From Azolla caroliniana (taxonomy: Eukaryota; Plantae; Polypodiophyta): a stretch of DNA of 64,000 bases. The DNA is taken from assembly GCA_043228905.1 (NCBI GenBank), contig JBHGNT010000015.1, positions 124,001-188,000 of the forward strand, written 5' to 3'. The notes beneath the pieces were generated by a model. That model was not told the origin of the DNA, ran no database searches, and worked only from the letters and a program-made list of their open reading frames with translations. The position numbers and the translations under genes are program-made. Shown piece by piece: positions 10,306-23,000 of this stretch (positions are counted from its first letter, which is position 1; every line of letters begins with the position of its first letter).

Positions 10306-13226
10306 AGAGACATATTCGTAAATATGTTTCTGAGAGCCCATTGTGGCTATATTTGTAAATAGCCGAAAAGTCATATTAGTATAAATATGACTTAGGGCAA
10401 ACTAATATGAAGTTGTTGTCATTTTTCTTGTTGGTGCAAGAAAAAGAGAGAGTGCGTAACTGTACAAAGAGAGAGAGAGAGACGAGGTCCTTGCCTCTGT
10501 TATAACTGCCGCCTATGGCGAAGATCGTGAGTCTGAGGTCGTTGCCTCCGTGTACTCACTGTTTTGTACATTCATACATAGTGACAGTTTGCAGCCTGTG
10601 GGCTGCCGTGGTTTTTTTTTCCCCTAGTTTGGGGTTTTCCACGTTAACCTCCTGTGTATCTTCCTCTCCTTTTGTGTCGTGTTTTATTACCTGTTTTTCT
10701 GTGTATGAAAAGAATCTCGGTTGTGGCCGAGTGTTGGACATAAGGAACGTTGGGTTCTCGTCAAGAGTGGTATCAGAGCAAAATCGACACAGAAAATGGA
10801 CGAATCGTTTGGCGGCATGTTCAAGCTCACCGGCTCCAACTATTCAGTGTGGACGTCGAAGATGAGGGACATGCTCGTGGTTAACGACCTCTGGCTGCCG
10901 GTTCAGTTCGGGGACAAGAGACCGGACAAAATCGACGCCGCGATATGGGAGGTGATGCACATGAAGACAACGGCGTACATACGGTGCTTCATCGACATGA
11001 GCCTGTACAACAACTTCAATGAAGAGAGCAAGGATCATGAGCTCTCGAAGAAGATCGGCATAATGTTTCAGAACAAAAATGCTGTCAATCAAGTGTCGGT
11101 ATTCCGGAAGCTAGTAAGACTCTGGTACCAAGATGGCTCCAGCATGGCGGAGCACATGAATGCCTTCCAGGGGCTGATTCACCAGGCAACTTCATTGGAA
11201 GTACCTCTCGCCGATGAGGTACTTGCACTACTCCTGCTCGGTTCCCTCCCGGATAGCTGGGAGACGTTAGTTGTCACTTTGGGCAACGCCGGGCCGGAAG
11301 GAAAACGGTTATCCCTAGCAAGAGTAAAGTCGAGCTTGCTAGATGAGGAGGCGCGTCGGAAAGACAAAGATACGAGCTCCGACTCCAAAGCGCTCCTTAC
11401 CGAATCGGAACGCGGAAGACATAGAAACCGTAGTCCCCAGAACCGGGAGAAGTCGGGGACACGGTCAAAGTCAAGGGGGAGGCCTACTTGCTTCTATTGT
11501 GGCAAGCCGGGACACTTCCAAAAGAACTGTCGGCATTTCCGTAAAGACAAGGAAACCGACGGTACCGATTCGAAGCAAACCCCGGACCGGAACGGTAAAG
11601 ACCGGAGGGGGCCGGACCGGAAGGGAACGACGGCAATCGCGGCAAGTGAAGAAGAGTTGATGCTCATCACCGAGGAGAGTGAGATAAACCTTGCCGGCGA
11701 CAAGATGACCTGGGTGGTAGACTCCGGAGCATCGTTCCACCTTACCCCGGACCGGAAATGCTTCGCATCCTACTCAGCCGGTGACCACGGCTGTGTCCGG
11801 ATGGGGAATGAAGGTACATGCCGAATTGTCGGCATAGGAGACGTGTGGCTAACAACACCAACCGGATGCAAGTTGCTGTTGAAGGATGTCTGACACGTTC
11901 CGGAAGTTCGTCTGAACCTGATATCAGCCGGTCGGCTAGATGATGAAGGCTACATGGGTAGCATTCGGAACGGTGTCATGAAGTTTAGCAAAGGGAGCCT
12001 GATTGTGGCTCGGGCCCGGAAGGTAAACACGTTGTACCTGATGAATGCCCGGTTATTTCCGGAAGAAGTGAACGTGGCATTCGACACTGCCGGTGAGCTG
12101 TGGCACAAGAGGCTGTGTCATATGAGCGAGAAGGGGATGAAGAGGCTTGCAGACGATAACCTCATTCCAGTGAAGAACGTGCACTTAGAGAAGTGCACTG
12201 ATTGTCTGGCCGGTAAGCAGAACCGGACCTCCTTCCGACCAAGGCCACCAATGAGACGTAATGCACCACTGGAGTTGGTGCATACAGATGTGTGTCAAGT
12301 AGACACGAAGTCACATGCCGGAGCGCAGTACTTCGTGACGTTCATAGATGACCACAGCCGGAAGCTGTGGGCCACACCGCTGAAGACGAAGGATCAGGTG
12401 TTATCCGTCTTCAAAGAGCTCCACGCGAGAGTGGCAAGAGAAACCGACCGGAAGCTGAAGGCGGTTCGAGCAGACAACGGAGGAGAATACCGGGGGCAGT
12501 TCGAGGAGTACTGCCGCTCGAAGGGAATCCGGCTCGAATTTACCGTGCCGAAGATGCCGGAACTAAACGGACTGGCCGAGAGGATGAACCGGACCATAAT
12601 GGAGAGGGTCCGGAGTATGCTAGCGCATGCAAAACTACCCAAGAAGTTTTGGGCTGAGGCACTGTCGACGGCAACATACGTGATAAATAGTTCACCCTCA
12701 GTACCCTTGGACGGAGACACGCCACAGAGAGTGTGGACCGGTAAGGAAGTATCCTACCAGCATCTGAAGGTGTTCGGGTGTCTCGCGTACGTGCATGTAG
12801 CAAAGGACCGGAGAGGAAAGCTAGATCCAAAGACCCGGCCATGCATATTCCTCGGTTACGGTGACGATGAGTTCGGCTACCGAGTGTGGGACCTGGTCGA
12901 CAAGAAGGTATTCCGGAGTCGAGATATTATCTTCATGGAGGACAAGACGCTCGCCGACTGGGAGTCGGAGAAGAAGATAATGAACTCTGAGTCGACCGGT
13001 AAGGATAGACTCTACGATGAGCAGACCCAACCGGCAAGAGACCGGTTAGCACTCAAGGAACCAGCCGGTTACGGTGAGGATACCGAACCGGCAGAAGAAG
13101 AAGTAGAGGAAGCTGAGATCGGAACCGGCCAAGACCTCGAATCCGATTCGGATGAAGAGCAAATGGAGGAGCCGGTTACCGAAGCCCAAAGACGTAGATA
13201 TCCTCTCAGAGAGAGAAGGGCCCCCC

Positions 13227-13313
13227 TGTTGGAGACAAGGCCGTGTCGATGCGGAAGATCAAGTAGCATTCGATTGGGGTTGAGAACCTGCGTATGACAG
13301 TTTGCAAGATCGT

Positions 13314-13355
<42 letters not shown>

Positions 13356-16300
13356 AGGCACAAAAGACTTTCTATTCAATAGAAACAATAATACAAACCA
13401 ACCTTACAAAAAGGTTACAAGGTCACTATATATAGTGACCGACTTAGGGCAACTACCATTTATGCTAATTACACAAATGGCCCAAACTTGATCTATACAA
13501 AGGGATAGTGTGAATACGTCCATTATACACTTGTATTCGACACTCCCCCGTAATGGGCGTATACATGGGTTATCTAAGATTACAGGTATAAACCTAGGTT
13601 CTCGGACATATCAGTTTTGTTCGAGTCGGCAGGGTCCGAAGGCAGAAGACCGGACTGGTCGGGTCGGAAGAGTTGAAGCCGATCATTAGGGAACTGATGT
13701 CGGTTGTCTGAAACCATCCTGCGCTGTGTCCGGCTCTAACCGGACTGGTTTGTCGTTACGCCCATCTGATGCCGAAGGAACCGAAAGCGGTCTGCCGAAA
13801 GACACTTGGTCATTCCATCTGCGACATTGTCGGTTGTGGATATTTTCTCTAGACCGATTTTCCTTGAAATGACGCAGTCCCGAACGAAGTGATATCGAAC
13901 GTCGATATGTTTGGAGGCGTTGTGGTGAACCGGATTTCTCGACAAGGCAACAGCACCTTGACTGTCGCTATAGACAACTGGAGCCGAGTCATGGTCGACT
14001 TGCCGAAACGTGTGCGCCAGCCGGCCGAGCCACAAAGCTTCTTTTGCAGCGTCAGACGCAGCTACATATTCTGCTTCGGTCGTTGAGGTCGTTGTGCACT
14101 CCTGAAGTTTCGACTTCCACGAAATTGCTCCATTGCCGAATTTGAAGCAGTATCCGGTTGTTGATTTCCGACTGTCTATACAGCCGGCGAAGTCCGAGTC
14201 GGTGTAACCGACTACGCCTGAGGTTGAGTTCGGACCGAAAAGAATGCCGTGGTCTTTTGTGCCAGCCAGATATTTGAACACATGCTTGACTGCGTTCCAA
14301 TGCGATCGGCCAGGATTGTGCATAAATCTGCTAACGACTCCTACGGCATGAGAAATATCAGGCCGTGTCGCGACCATCAGGTACATAAGGGAGCCGACTG
14401 CCGGTGCATACGGTACCGACTTCATATCTTCCCCCTCCGGACCGGATGTCGGGCAGTCTCGCTGAGAGAGCCGAAGATTCATGGGGAGCGGGGTTGAAGC
14501 AGATTTGGCTGATTTCATGTTGAAGCGTTCCAAGACACGTCCGATATAGTCGGTCTGAGACAAAAAAAGATGTCGTTTATCGCGATGCCGACTAATCTTC
14601 ATGCCAAGTATGTGTCGTGCCGGACCGAGGTCCTTCATGGCAAACTTCAACCGCAGTTGCCGAATGAGATCGGCAAGTTCGCCCGCGTGGCGTCCAGAAA
14701 TTAGCATGTCGTCCACGTAAATGATGAGGAAGATGGGTGATCCATCTTGAGCTGTGTTGGTAAAAAGACAATGGTCCTCATCGCTTTTTCAGAAGCCGAT
14801 CGATTGGATGAAGTCGTCGAACTTCTTGTACCATTGTCGCGGTGCCTGTTTGAGGCCGTATAGACTCTTCCTGAGTCGGCAGACTAGATGTTCTTGGCCA
14901 GTTGCCACGAAGCCTTTTGGCTGCTCCATATAAATTTCCTCTTCAAGATCACCATGGAGGAAGGCTGTTTTGACATCTAGCTGAATCAGCTCCAAGTTGT
15001 CGGCTGCCACTACGCCGAGTAGAAAACGAAGGGTTGTCATTTTCACCACTGGTGAAAAAATCTCGTCGAAGTCGACGCCATATTCTTGTCGGAAGCCCTT
15101 TGCAACTAATCTGGCCTTGTACTTTGGGGTGGTCGAATCAGACGTCTCTTTTAGTCGATAAACCCACTTGCAAGGAAGAGCACGTCGATTCTTAGGTAAT
15201 TCGACCAGATCCCAAGTCTTGTTTGCCCGTATGGAGTGCATTTCCGACTCCATCGCCAGATGCCAGGTGGTTGAATCGACAGATGTCGATGCTTCTTCGT
15301 AAGACGTCGGTTCGCCGGCGTTGGTGAAGAAAATTCCAGGAGAATACCTCTCCGGAGGTTGCGACAGTCTCTCGGATCGTCGAGGTATGATTGGACTAGT
15401 CGCATCGGGTATCGAGGTCGGATGGTCCGAAAGCGAATTATTCTGTTGTGCCGAGTCAGAGTTGTCCGAGTCGGTGGTGTAAGGTTCAGCTACTCGTGAA
15501 GCTGACCGTGTGTTAAGAGCAGGGCCTTCTTGAAGGGTTGGCACATCGGAAAATGTTACCCTTCGGACTTCGATCGGTTTTTCGACTGATGGATTCATAG
15601 CCGACTCGTTGAACACAACGTCCGAACTTCGAACGATTTGTCTGCGTTCGGGGTCCCAGAGTCGGTATCCCATTTCGTCGTCTGATCCATATCCAAGGAA
15701 AATGCATTTCCTGGACCGAGGTGCAAGTTTTCGGCGATCATCTTTCGGAATAAGGGCGTAGGCCTCGCATCCGAAGATCCTCAGCTTGTCGTAATTCGGC
15801 TTACTGCCGATCCATAGTTCTTGAGGAATTTGAAGTCCTAGAGGTCTGCTTGGCGACATATTGATTATGTGTACTGCCGTGAGTAGAGCCTCTGCCCAGA
15901 AGCCATCCGACAGTCCGGAGTGTTGGAGCATGGAAACTATCCGTTCTTGGATTGTCCGATTCATTCGTTCTGCAATCCCGTTTTGCTCCGGACTGTGTGG
16001 TGCCGTAAATTCACGTCGGATGCCGCGTTGTCGGCAGAATTTGACGAATTCTTCTGATTTGAACTCTCCCCCATTGTCGGTCCGAAAGCATTTCAGTTTT
16101 CGGTCAGTTTGATTTTCTACCATAGCGAGCCAATCGGAGAAGATCGAGAAGACACGATCTTTGGTGCGAATTGGATAAGCCCACACCTTTCGAGTCGAAT
16201 CGTCAATAAAACTGACGAAGTAAGAGGCACCGCCGAGAGACTGATGCGGCATTGGGCCACAGACGTCCGAGTGGACTAAATCGAGAGGTCTCGTTTCTCT

Positions 16301-18538
16301 TGGTGCTGATGTCGGGTGTGATGCGGTTGCTTGTTTGCCATACTGGCAGTGTTCGCAGAATTGATGGTCCGAGAAGGAGAGTTTAGGGATGTATCCGGCT
16401 CTAGATAGGTGCGTAATGCCGGCCTTGCTGAGGTGTCCTAATCTTCTGTGCCATAGTGATGACACAGGAATATCCACCAAAAACAAGTTACCCTCTCTGA
16501 GCGTAACATGTAACGGATACAGTGAGTGTATCTTGGGTCCTCTAGCAAGCAGGAGGTTCCCCCTGTGGAGTGTCCACCCTCCCGAAGAAAAACCGGCACG
16601 AATGCCGTCTTCATCTAGTTATCCGACTGAGATCAATGGCCTTGAGAGCTCGGGTACATGTCGGACATTGTGAAGTACAAGTGTAGAGCCACCTGCAAGG
16701 TTGAGCTCTACTGTGCCAATTCCAATGATGTCACAGTGTTGTGAGTTGCCGACTCGAACTGAGTCGGAGTGACGGATCGTATATTGCCGAAATTGGGATC
16801 GATGAGGAGTCACGTGAAATGACGCGCCCGAATCTAAGAGCCATGTGCTCGATTCTTCAGTCGTGAGCAGAACTTCTGATCCGACTGGATTTTCGATTGA
16901 TAGTATATTCGGGTCGTTTGGTAGCACATCAGCTGAGAAGCTGACGTAATTGATCTCCTCATGCCGGCCACTCTTCTTGTCTGATTTCTGAGACTTGTCG
17001 TTCTTGTTCTTGAGTGCGCGGCAGTCGGCTTTGATGTGTCCGGGTTTCTTGCAATAGTTGCAGATTCGATTATCCCGTGACTGGCTCCGTCTTCGCTGAT
17101 TGTTCGGCTGCCGTGAGGAATCTCTTCCTCGTATGTTCGATCGGTCTGTCGAACCTTGTACTACATAAGCGTCGTCTGTTGAGTCTTTGGCGAAAGACTT
17201 TCTCCGAGCTGCTTCGGTCAGGATTGCGCTCGTGACTTCGGAGTATCTAACAGCCGTGGTTGACGCGTTGCACACGGTTGTGACAAAAGTTTCCCATGAT
17301 GAGGGAAGGCTGCTCATGAGTATCATTGCTTTGAGTTCATCCTCGATTGCCGTCCCCTGAGATGAGATTTGGGAGCTTATGCTTTCGTACTCATTGAGAT
17401 GTGCTTGAACCGAATCTGATTCTTTCATCCGCAAGTTGTAGAGGCGCCGGATCAGAAACATCTTCGTTGCGGCGACCTTCTTTTCGTAGGTGTCCGACAG
17501 TGTTTTCCACAGTTCGAATGCTGTCGTACACGATTGCACCGTAAAGTATACCGATTCCGATAGGTGCATCCGAATCGTGGCGCGGACGATTCTGTCCAGC
17601 TTCTGCCACTCAATTGGTTTGTATCCTTCTGGAGGTTCTTCATTTTCGATGGGATCGATTTGCCCCTTGACTATGAGATAGTCCTGCATTTGCTCCTTCC
17701 AGAAGTTGAAGTTCGATCCATCGAACTTTCGTAGACTCATTTCTGACAAGCCGGATGTTGATGCCATCAAATTTGGTTTCGGTTGACGAAGCTCGGTTCG
17801 GAGTTGACTACGAACCTTGTTGGAGTGCAGCCGGTTGGCTCACCCGATATCGTTCTAGTCGGATTTGAACCCGAGTCGGTTCGGCTTCGGATATATGTAT
17901 TGTTGAACTTGCTCGAATTGACTCCGGTAACTTGAGGGACAGAACCGACTGGTCTTCCCGAATGTTGCCGAGTCGGAGTGAGCCCGGTTCGCTTCCGAAT
18001 ATATATGCCAAATACCGATTGTCTGGACCGATTCTGCTTCAGGTGACTGCAGCGATGAGAGAGACGGATCCAACTGATCCTCCCGAATGTCGATCAGTCG
18101 GATGAAGCACGAATTGGGGTTGTTGTCTTGAGACCGATCTGCACCGAGTGGTTACAATGAGCGGCGAGCAGCGTTTGATGACCTCTTCGGATGCCGTTTA
18201 ACCGAGTGGAGCACGATCGTGTCAATGTTGCACAGGGGGATTTCACCTCGAGCGGTTACGATCACAAGGAACAGAGTACAACCTGCTGGCTTACTCCAAG
18301 CGAAGATGATCTAACGCGATGAGATGCAAGCCTCGTTTTTCTTCTTCTTCTCTCTTCTTCGAATGACGCAAGAAACCGAATGTTGTGCAGGCTGAGACGA
18401 CGGCCGACAGCGGGATGAAGGACCAAATACTGTGCAGGCTCTGATACCAGATGTTGGAGACAAGGCCGTGTCGATGCGGAAGATCAAGTAGCATTCGATT
18501 GGGGTTGAGAACCTGCGTATGACAGTTTGCAAGATCGT

Positions 18539-18574
<36 letters not shown>

Positions 18575-18761
18575 AGGCACAAAAGACTTTCTATTCAATA
18601 GAAACAATAATACAAACCAACCTTACAAAAAGGTTACAAGGTCACTATATATAGTGACCGACTTAGGGCAACTACCATTTATGCTAATTACACAAATGGC
18701 CCAAACTTGATCTATACAAAGGGATAGTGTGAATACGTCCATTATACACTTGTATTCGACA
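13227..18761 (-). mobile_element. Ty1/copia element B, very young: LTRs 13227-13542 and 18452-18761
   Basis: The LTRs are identical except for (GA)n length. PBS tRNA-iMet at 18438-18449, PPT at ~13543-13550, perfect TSD ccccc (13222-13226 / 18762-18766). Confidence 0.96.
13736..17770 (-). pseudogene. Copia B gag-pol in a single frame with two in-frame stops (16619-16621, 14789-14791)
   Basis: ORFs 16619-17770, 14789-16486 and 13736-14716 share one frame. Motifs: CNYCKKPGHIKADC, WLLDSGAS, LDLVHSDV, YVDDML, ADGMTK. Confidence 0.92.
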
Positions 18762-21700
18762 CCCCCGGAGATTTCCGGATGCAGAGCATGTTCTGCTGAC
18801 CGATGAGGGGGAGCCGGAAAGCTTCGAAGAAGTGAAGGAAGACACCCACAGCCGAAAATGGTTAAGTGCCATGCAGGGCGAGATGGATTCCCTGCATGAG
18901 AACCATACATACGAATTGGTGGAGTTGCCGAAAGGAAAGCGGGCACTCCGAAACAAGTGGGTGTACAAGTTGAAACCGGGAGATGCCGGCAACCCCCCGA
19001 GATGCAAAGCCAGGATCGTGGTGAAGGGATTCCAGCAGAAGAAGGGCATGGACTTCGACGAGATATTTGCCCCGGTAGTAAACATGACCTCCATCCGGAC
19101 GGTGCTGAGTATAGCAGCAAGCATGGACCTCGAGGTAGAGTAGCTGGACGTGAAGACGGCATTCCTTCACGGCGACCTCGAAGAGGAGATCTACATGCAG
19201 CAACCGGAAGGATTTGTGGAGAAAGGGAAGGAGCACCTGGTATGCCGGTTGAAGAAGAGCCTGTACGGACTGAAGCAGGCTCCCCGGCAATGGTACCGGA
19301 AGTTCGACTCCTTCATGACCGATCAAGGGTACCACAAGACGCAGGCCGATCACTGCGTGTTTGTGAAGAAGTTTGAAGGAGGGGACTTCCTGATACTCCT
19401 CCTGTACGTGGATGACATGTTGATCGTCGGACGGGACCAAGTCAAAATACGGATGCTGAAGAAGGCTCTCAACCGGACCTTCTCAATGAAAGACTTGGGT
19501 CCGGCAAGACAGATGTTGGGGATGCACATCATCCGTAACCGGAAAGCGAAGCAATTATGGCTGTCACAGGAGAAGTACGTGACAAAGGTGCTTCACCGGT
19601 TCAACATGTCAAAAGCGAAACCGGTCGGATCGACACTTCCGGCAAACTGCAGGCTATCCGGCAAGCAAAGCCCGAAGACGAAAGCAGAGAAGGCGCATAT
19701 GATGAAGATTCCATATGCCTCTGCCGTCGGGAGCTTGATGTACGCTATGGTGTGTACCCGACCGGATATAGGATACGCAGTCGGAGTGGTGAGCTGGTTC
19801 ATGAGTAATCCCGGCAAGGAGCATTGGAACGCGGTCAAATGGATACTCCGGTATTTGAAGGGCACTTCAAATATGTGTCTCCGATTCGGCTCCAGAAAAC
19901 CTCAACTGGACGGTTTCACCGATTCGGACATGTCGGCTGATGTGGATACCAGCCGGTCTACATCTGGGTATGTGATGACATATGCAGGGGGAGTTGTTTC
20001 GTGGCAGTCGAGGCTGCAGAAGACGGTTGCATTGTCAACCACAGAGGCGGAGTACATGGCGGCTGTGGAAGCCGGCAAGGAAATATTATGGATGAAGGAC
20101 TTCATCAGAGAGCTCGGTATCCGGCAAGAGGAATACCGACTCTACTGCGACAGTCAAAGTGCCATCCACCTTGCTAAGAATGCGGCCTACCATTCCCAGA
20201 CAAAGCATATCTAGCGGAGGTATCACTGGATCCGGGAAAGAGTAGATGACCAGGAGTTCGCACTGACGAAGATCCACACGGCCGAGAACGGGTCAGATAT
20301 GCTGACCAAAGTGCTGACACCCGACAAGCTGGACGCATGCCGGAAGAGGATCGAACTGGTAAGACACCCCATGCCGGAGTGAAGGGGGAGTTTGTTGGGA
20401 GACAAGTCCCTCCGGATGGGAAGGGAGAAGAAACCGGATGAGGAGTACCCGGTATGAACCGGATGGTGCAAGCCCGGTATGAACCGGATGAGGAGTACCC
20501 GGCTACGGAGAGCCGGATGGTGCAGGCCCGGTATGAACCGGATGGTGCAAGCCCGGTATGAACCGGATGGTGCAAGCCCGGTATGAACCGGATGAGGAGT
20601 ACCCGGCTACGGAGAGCCGGATGGTGCAAGCCCGGTATGAACCGGATGAGGAGTACCCGGCTACGGAGAGCCGGATGGTGCAGGCCCGGTATGAACCGGA
20701 TGAGGAGTACCCGGCTACGGAGAGCCGGATGGTGCAGACCCGGTATGAACCGGAGGAAGAGACATATTCGTAAATATGTTTCTGAGAGCCCATTGTGGCT
20801 ATATTTGTAAATAGCCGAAAAGTCATATTAGTATAAATATGACTTAGGGCAAACTAATATGAAGTTGTTGTCATTTTTCTTGTTGGTGCAAGAAAAAGAG
20901 AGAGTGTGTAACTGTACAGAGAGAGAGAGAGAGAGACGAGGTCGTTGCCTCTGTTGTAACCGCCGCCTGTGGCGAAGATCGTGAGTCCGAGGTCGTTGCC
21001 TCCGTGTACTCACTGTTTTGTACATTCATACATAGTGACAGTTTGCAGCCTGTGGGCTGCCGTGGTTTTTTTTTCCCCTAGTTTGGGGTTTTCCACGTTA
21101 ACCTCCTGTGTATCTTCCTCTCCTTTTGTGTTGTGTTTTATTACCTGTTTTTCTGTGTATGAAAAGAATCTCGGTTGTGGCCGAGTGTTGGACATAAGGA
21201 ACGTTGGGTTCTCGTCAGACCCCATGGATCCAAATACATATAGGACCATTATGATAGGCCATACCCTTGCTAAGTTATATGGTGCAGTAATGGAAGCAGA
21301 GCTTAGCGACTATATGGAGACCCTAAACATTCATGCATCTGAACAAGCTGGCTTTAGACGAGCCTTCTCCACTATTGATCATATCTTCACACTTAGATGC
21401 CTAATTGACCAAACTAAGGCTCGCAAGAAGAAATTATACTGTTGTTTTGTGGACTTTCACAAAGCCTTTGACACAGTCCCTAGAGAGCGGTTGTTTGATA
21501 GACTTAAAAGCTTGAGGATACCAGATGATATGGTATGGGCCATCTACGCACTATATGAACAAGTGTCCGGGTGTGTCCGATGCCCAGGTGGCCTATCCAA
21601 TCATTTCACTAGCATTATTGGTGTAAAACAAGGTTGCCCCCTATCACCGACGCTTTTTGGGATCTACATTGATGAGATCACAGATTTTATTTCTCGTGAG

Positions 21701-22277
21701 GGAGGCACCGGAGTGGTCCTTGGGGATACGCAGGTTCGTATCTTGCTCTATGCGGATGACATAGTTTTGCCCTCTGAATCCGAACACGACCTACAAAGGC
21801 ACCTTAATGCCTTAGATGACTTTTGTGTACAACGAGGATTGGTAGTGAATCTAGGGAAAACGAAATTCCTTATCTTCCACACATCGGCCCAAGTTAGAGC
21901 TAAGTGTCACCTAACTATCTCCCATAGCCCAGTCGAGGTGGTTGGATCATACGTCTATCTCGGAGTCACTTTTAGTGCCCGCTCAGGTAAATTTTCGATG
22001 ACGCTGGCAGCGAAGGATAGACTCACGAGAGGACATGCATCCCTCTCACTCCTAGAGAGACAATGCCACCAAGCACACTTTCAAGTGCCACGGACTAAAG
22101 GGTGGCTCTTTGACTCATTAGTGACCCCCTCCCTCATGTATGCATCAGCGGTTTGGGCTCCAGGATTACCATCTTTCATGTGGACGCAATTAGAGAGACC
22201 ATTGGTGATGATGCTATCATTCCAACTCCGAAGCAAATCGACTGTACCACATGACATTATTAGGGTCGAGTTCACGT

Positions 22278-23000
22278 TGTCGTGCCTTTCGGCTCCGGAT
22301 CGTTTGCGTGAGTCGGGTGGGAACCACCGAGGTTTTGGACTAGGAGAAAGAAAAATACAAATAAGGCTAGTATAGAATAGGTATAAAGAGTTATAAGATA
22401 AGAATCTCGTGAATCCCACGAGTTTAGTATATTTAGTCAATATTTAGGTAGTAAGAGAGAATTATTTTAGCAAATTCGTGAATCCCACGAATATTTTAGA
22501 TTGATTGATCATTATAGAAAAATAATCAACAAAAACTACAATGTGCTCCCCATCCTTATATAGTGATGGGAGAGACTAAGCATAGCTACATGCTTTTTCT
22601 AATATGTTCATGCACACTAAATGTGCATGTGATGCTTTTCTAATCCTTGCTTTTATTTGCTAAATATAGTGCTCATGCATGCTAGATGTGCATGAGTCAC
22701 TTTTTTAGTTACTTGCGTTTTTCCTATAAAATATTCACGCACTCTAAAAATGCATGATTTACCTTTTAATAAAGGTAGGCGCAAATAAAGCACTTATAGC
22801 TATTAAATCTATTTATAAAACACTAAAAATAAGGTAACATAATGGTAAAGTTGAGGTTTGGCTACGTGGAGGTACAGGGTTCGAATCCTGCCCGATGCAC
22901 GTGATAAATATCTTGATATATTATTTTATTTATTTATATGTAATTAAATCGGTTATATTATTTTTACTTTTTCACGTAGTGTACGAAATACACTACAACA
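22278..23000 (-). mobile_element. Solo LTR of the 4045-4774 gypsy family
   Basis: TGTCGT...ACAACA termini with a 4-bp TSD ACGT (22274-22277 / 23001-23004). Removing it restores the LINE ORF2 frame. Confidence 0.88.

Larger units (their letters stand above)
10796..20382 (+). pseudogene. Copia A gag-pol polyprotein (three C>T nonsense codons, interrupted by copia B)
   Basis: Motifs CFYCGKPGHFQKNC, WVVDSGAS, LELVHTDV, YVDDML and TTEAEY are present. Stops lie at 11891, 19141 and 20212. The frame is restored across the insertion (RERRAPRRFPDAEHV). Confidence 0.92.
10016..21217 (+). mobile_element. Ty1/copia (Tnt1-like) element A: LTRs 10016-10763 and 20393-21217
   Basis: TG...CA LTRs, PBS TGGTATCAGAGC at 10768-10779, PPT gaagggggag at 20381-20390, TSD caccc/gaccc (one mismatch), and gag-PR-INT-RT-RH order. 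Confidence 0.95.

Noticed and set aside
10061-10358. Repeat-protein ORFs (RYEPDEEYPATESRMVQA)n, also at 20558-20810
   Set aside because: By-products of a 54-bp LTR tandem array. The array is open in several frames and has no gene context.
11891-20214. All five copia stop codons are C>T changes, which could suggest U-to-C RNA editing rescue
   Set aside because: U-to-C editing is known from organelles, not nuclear TEs. Deamination of methylated cytosine explains the pattern more simply.
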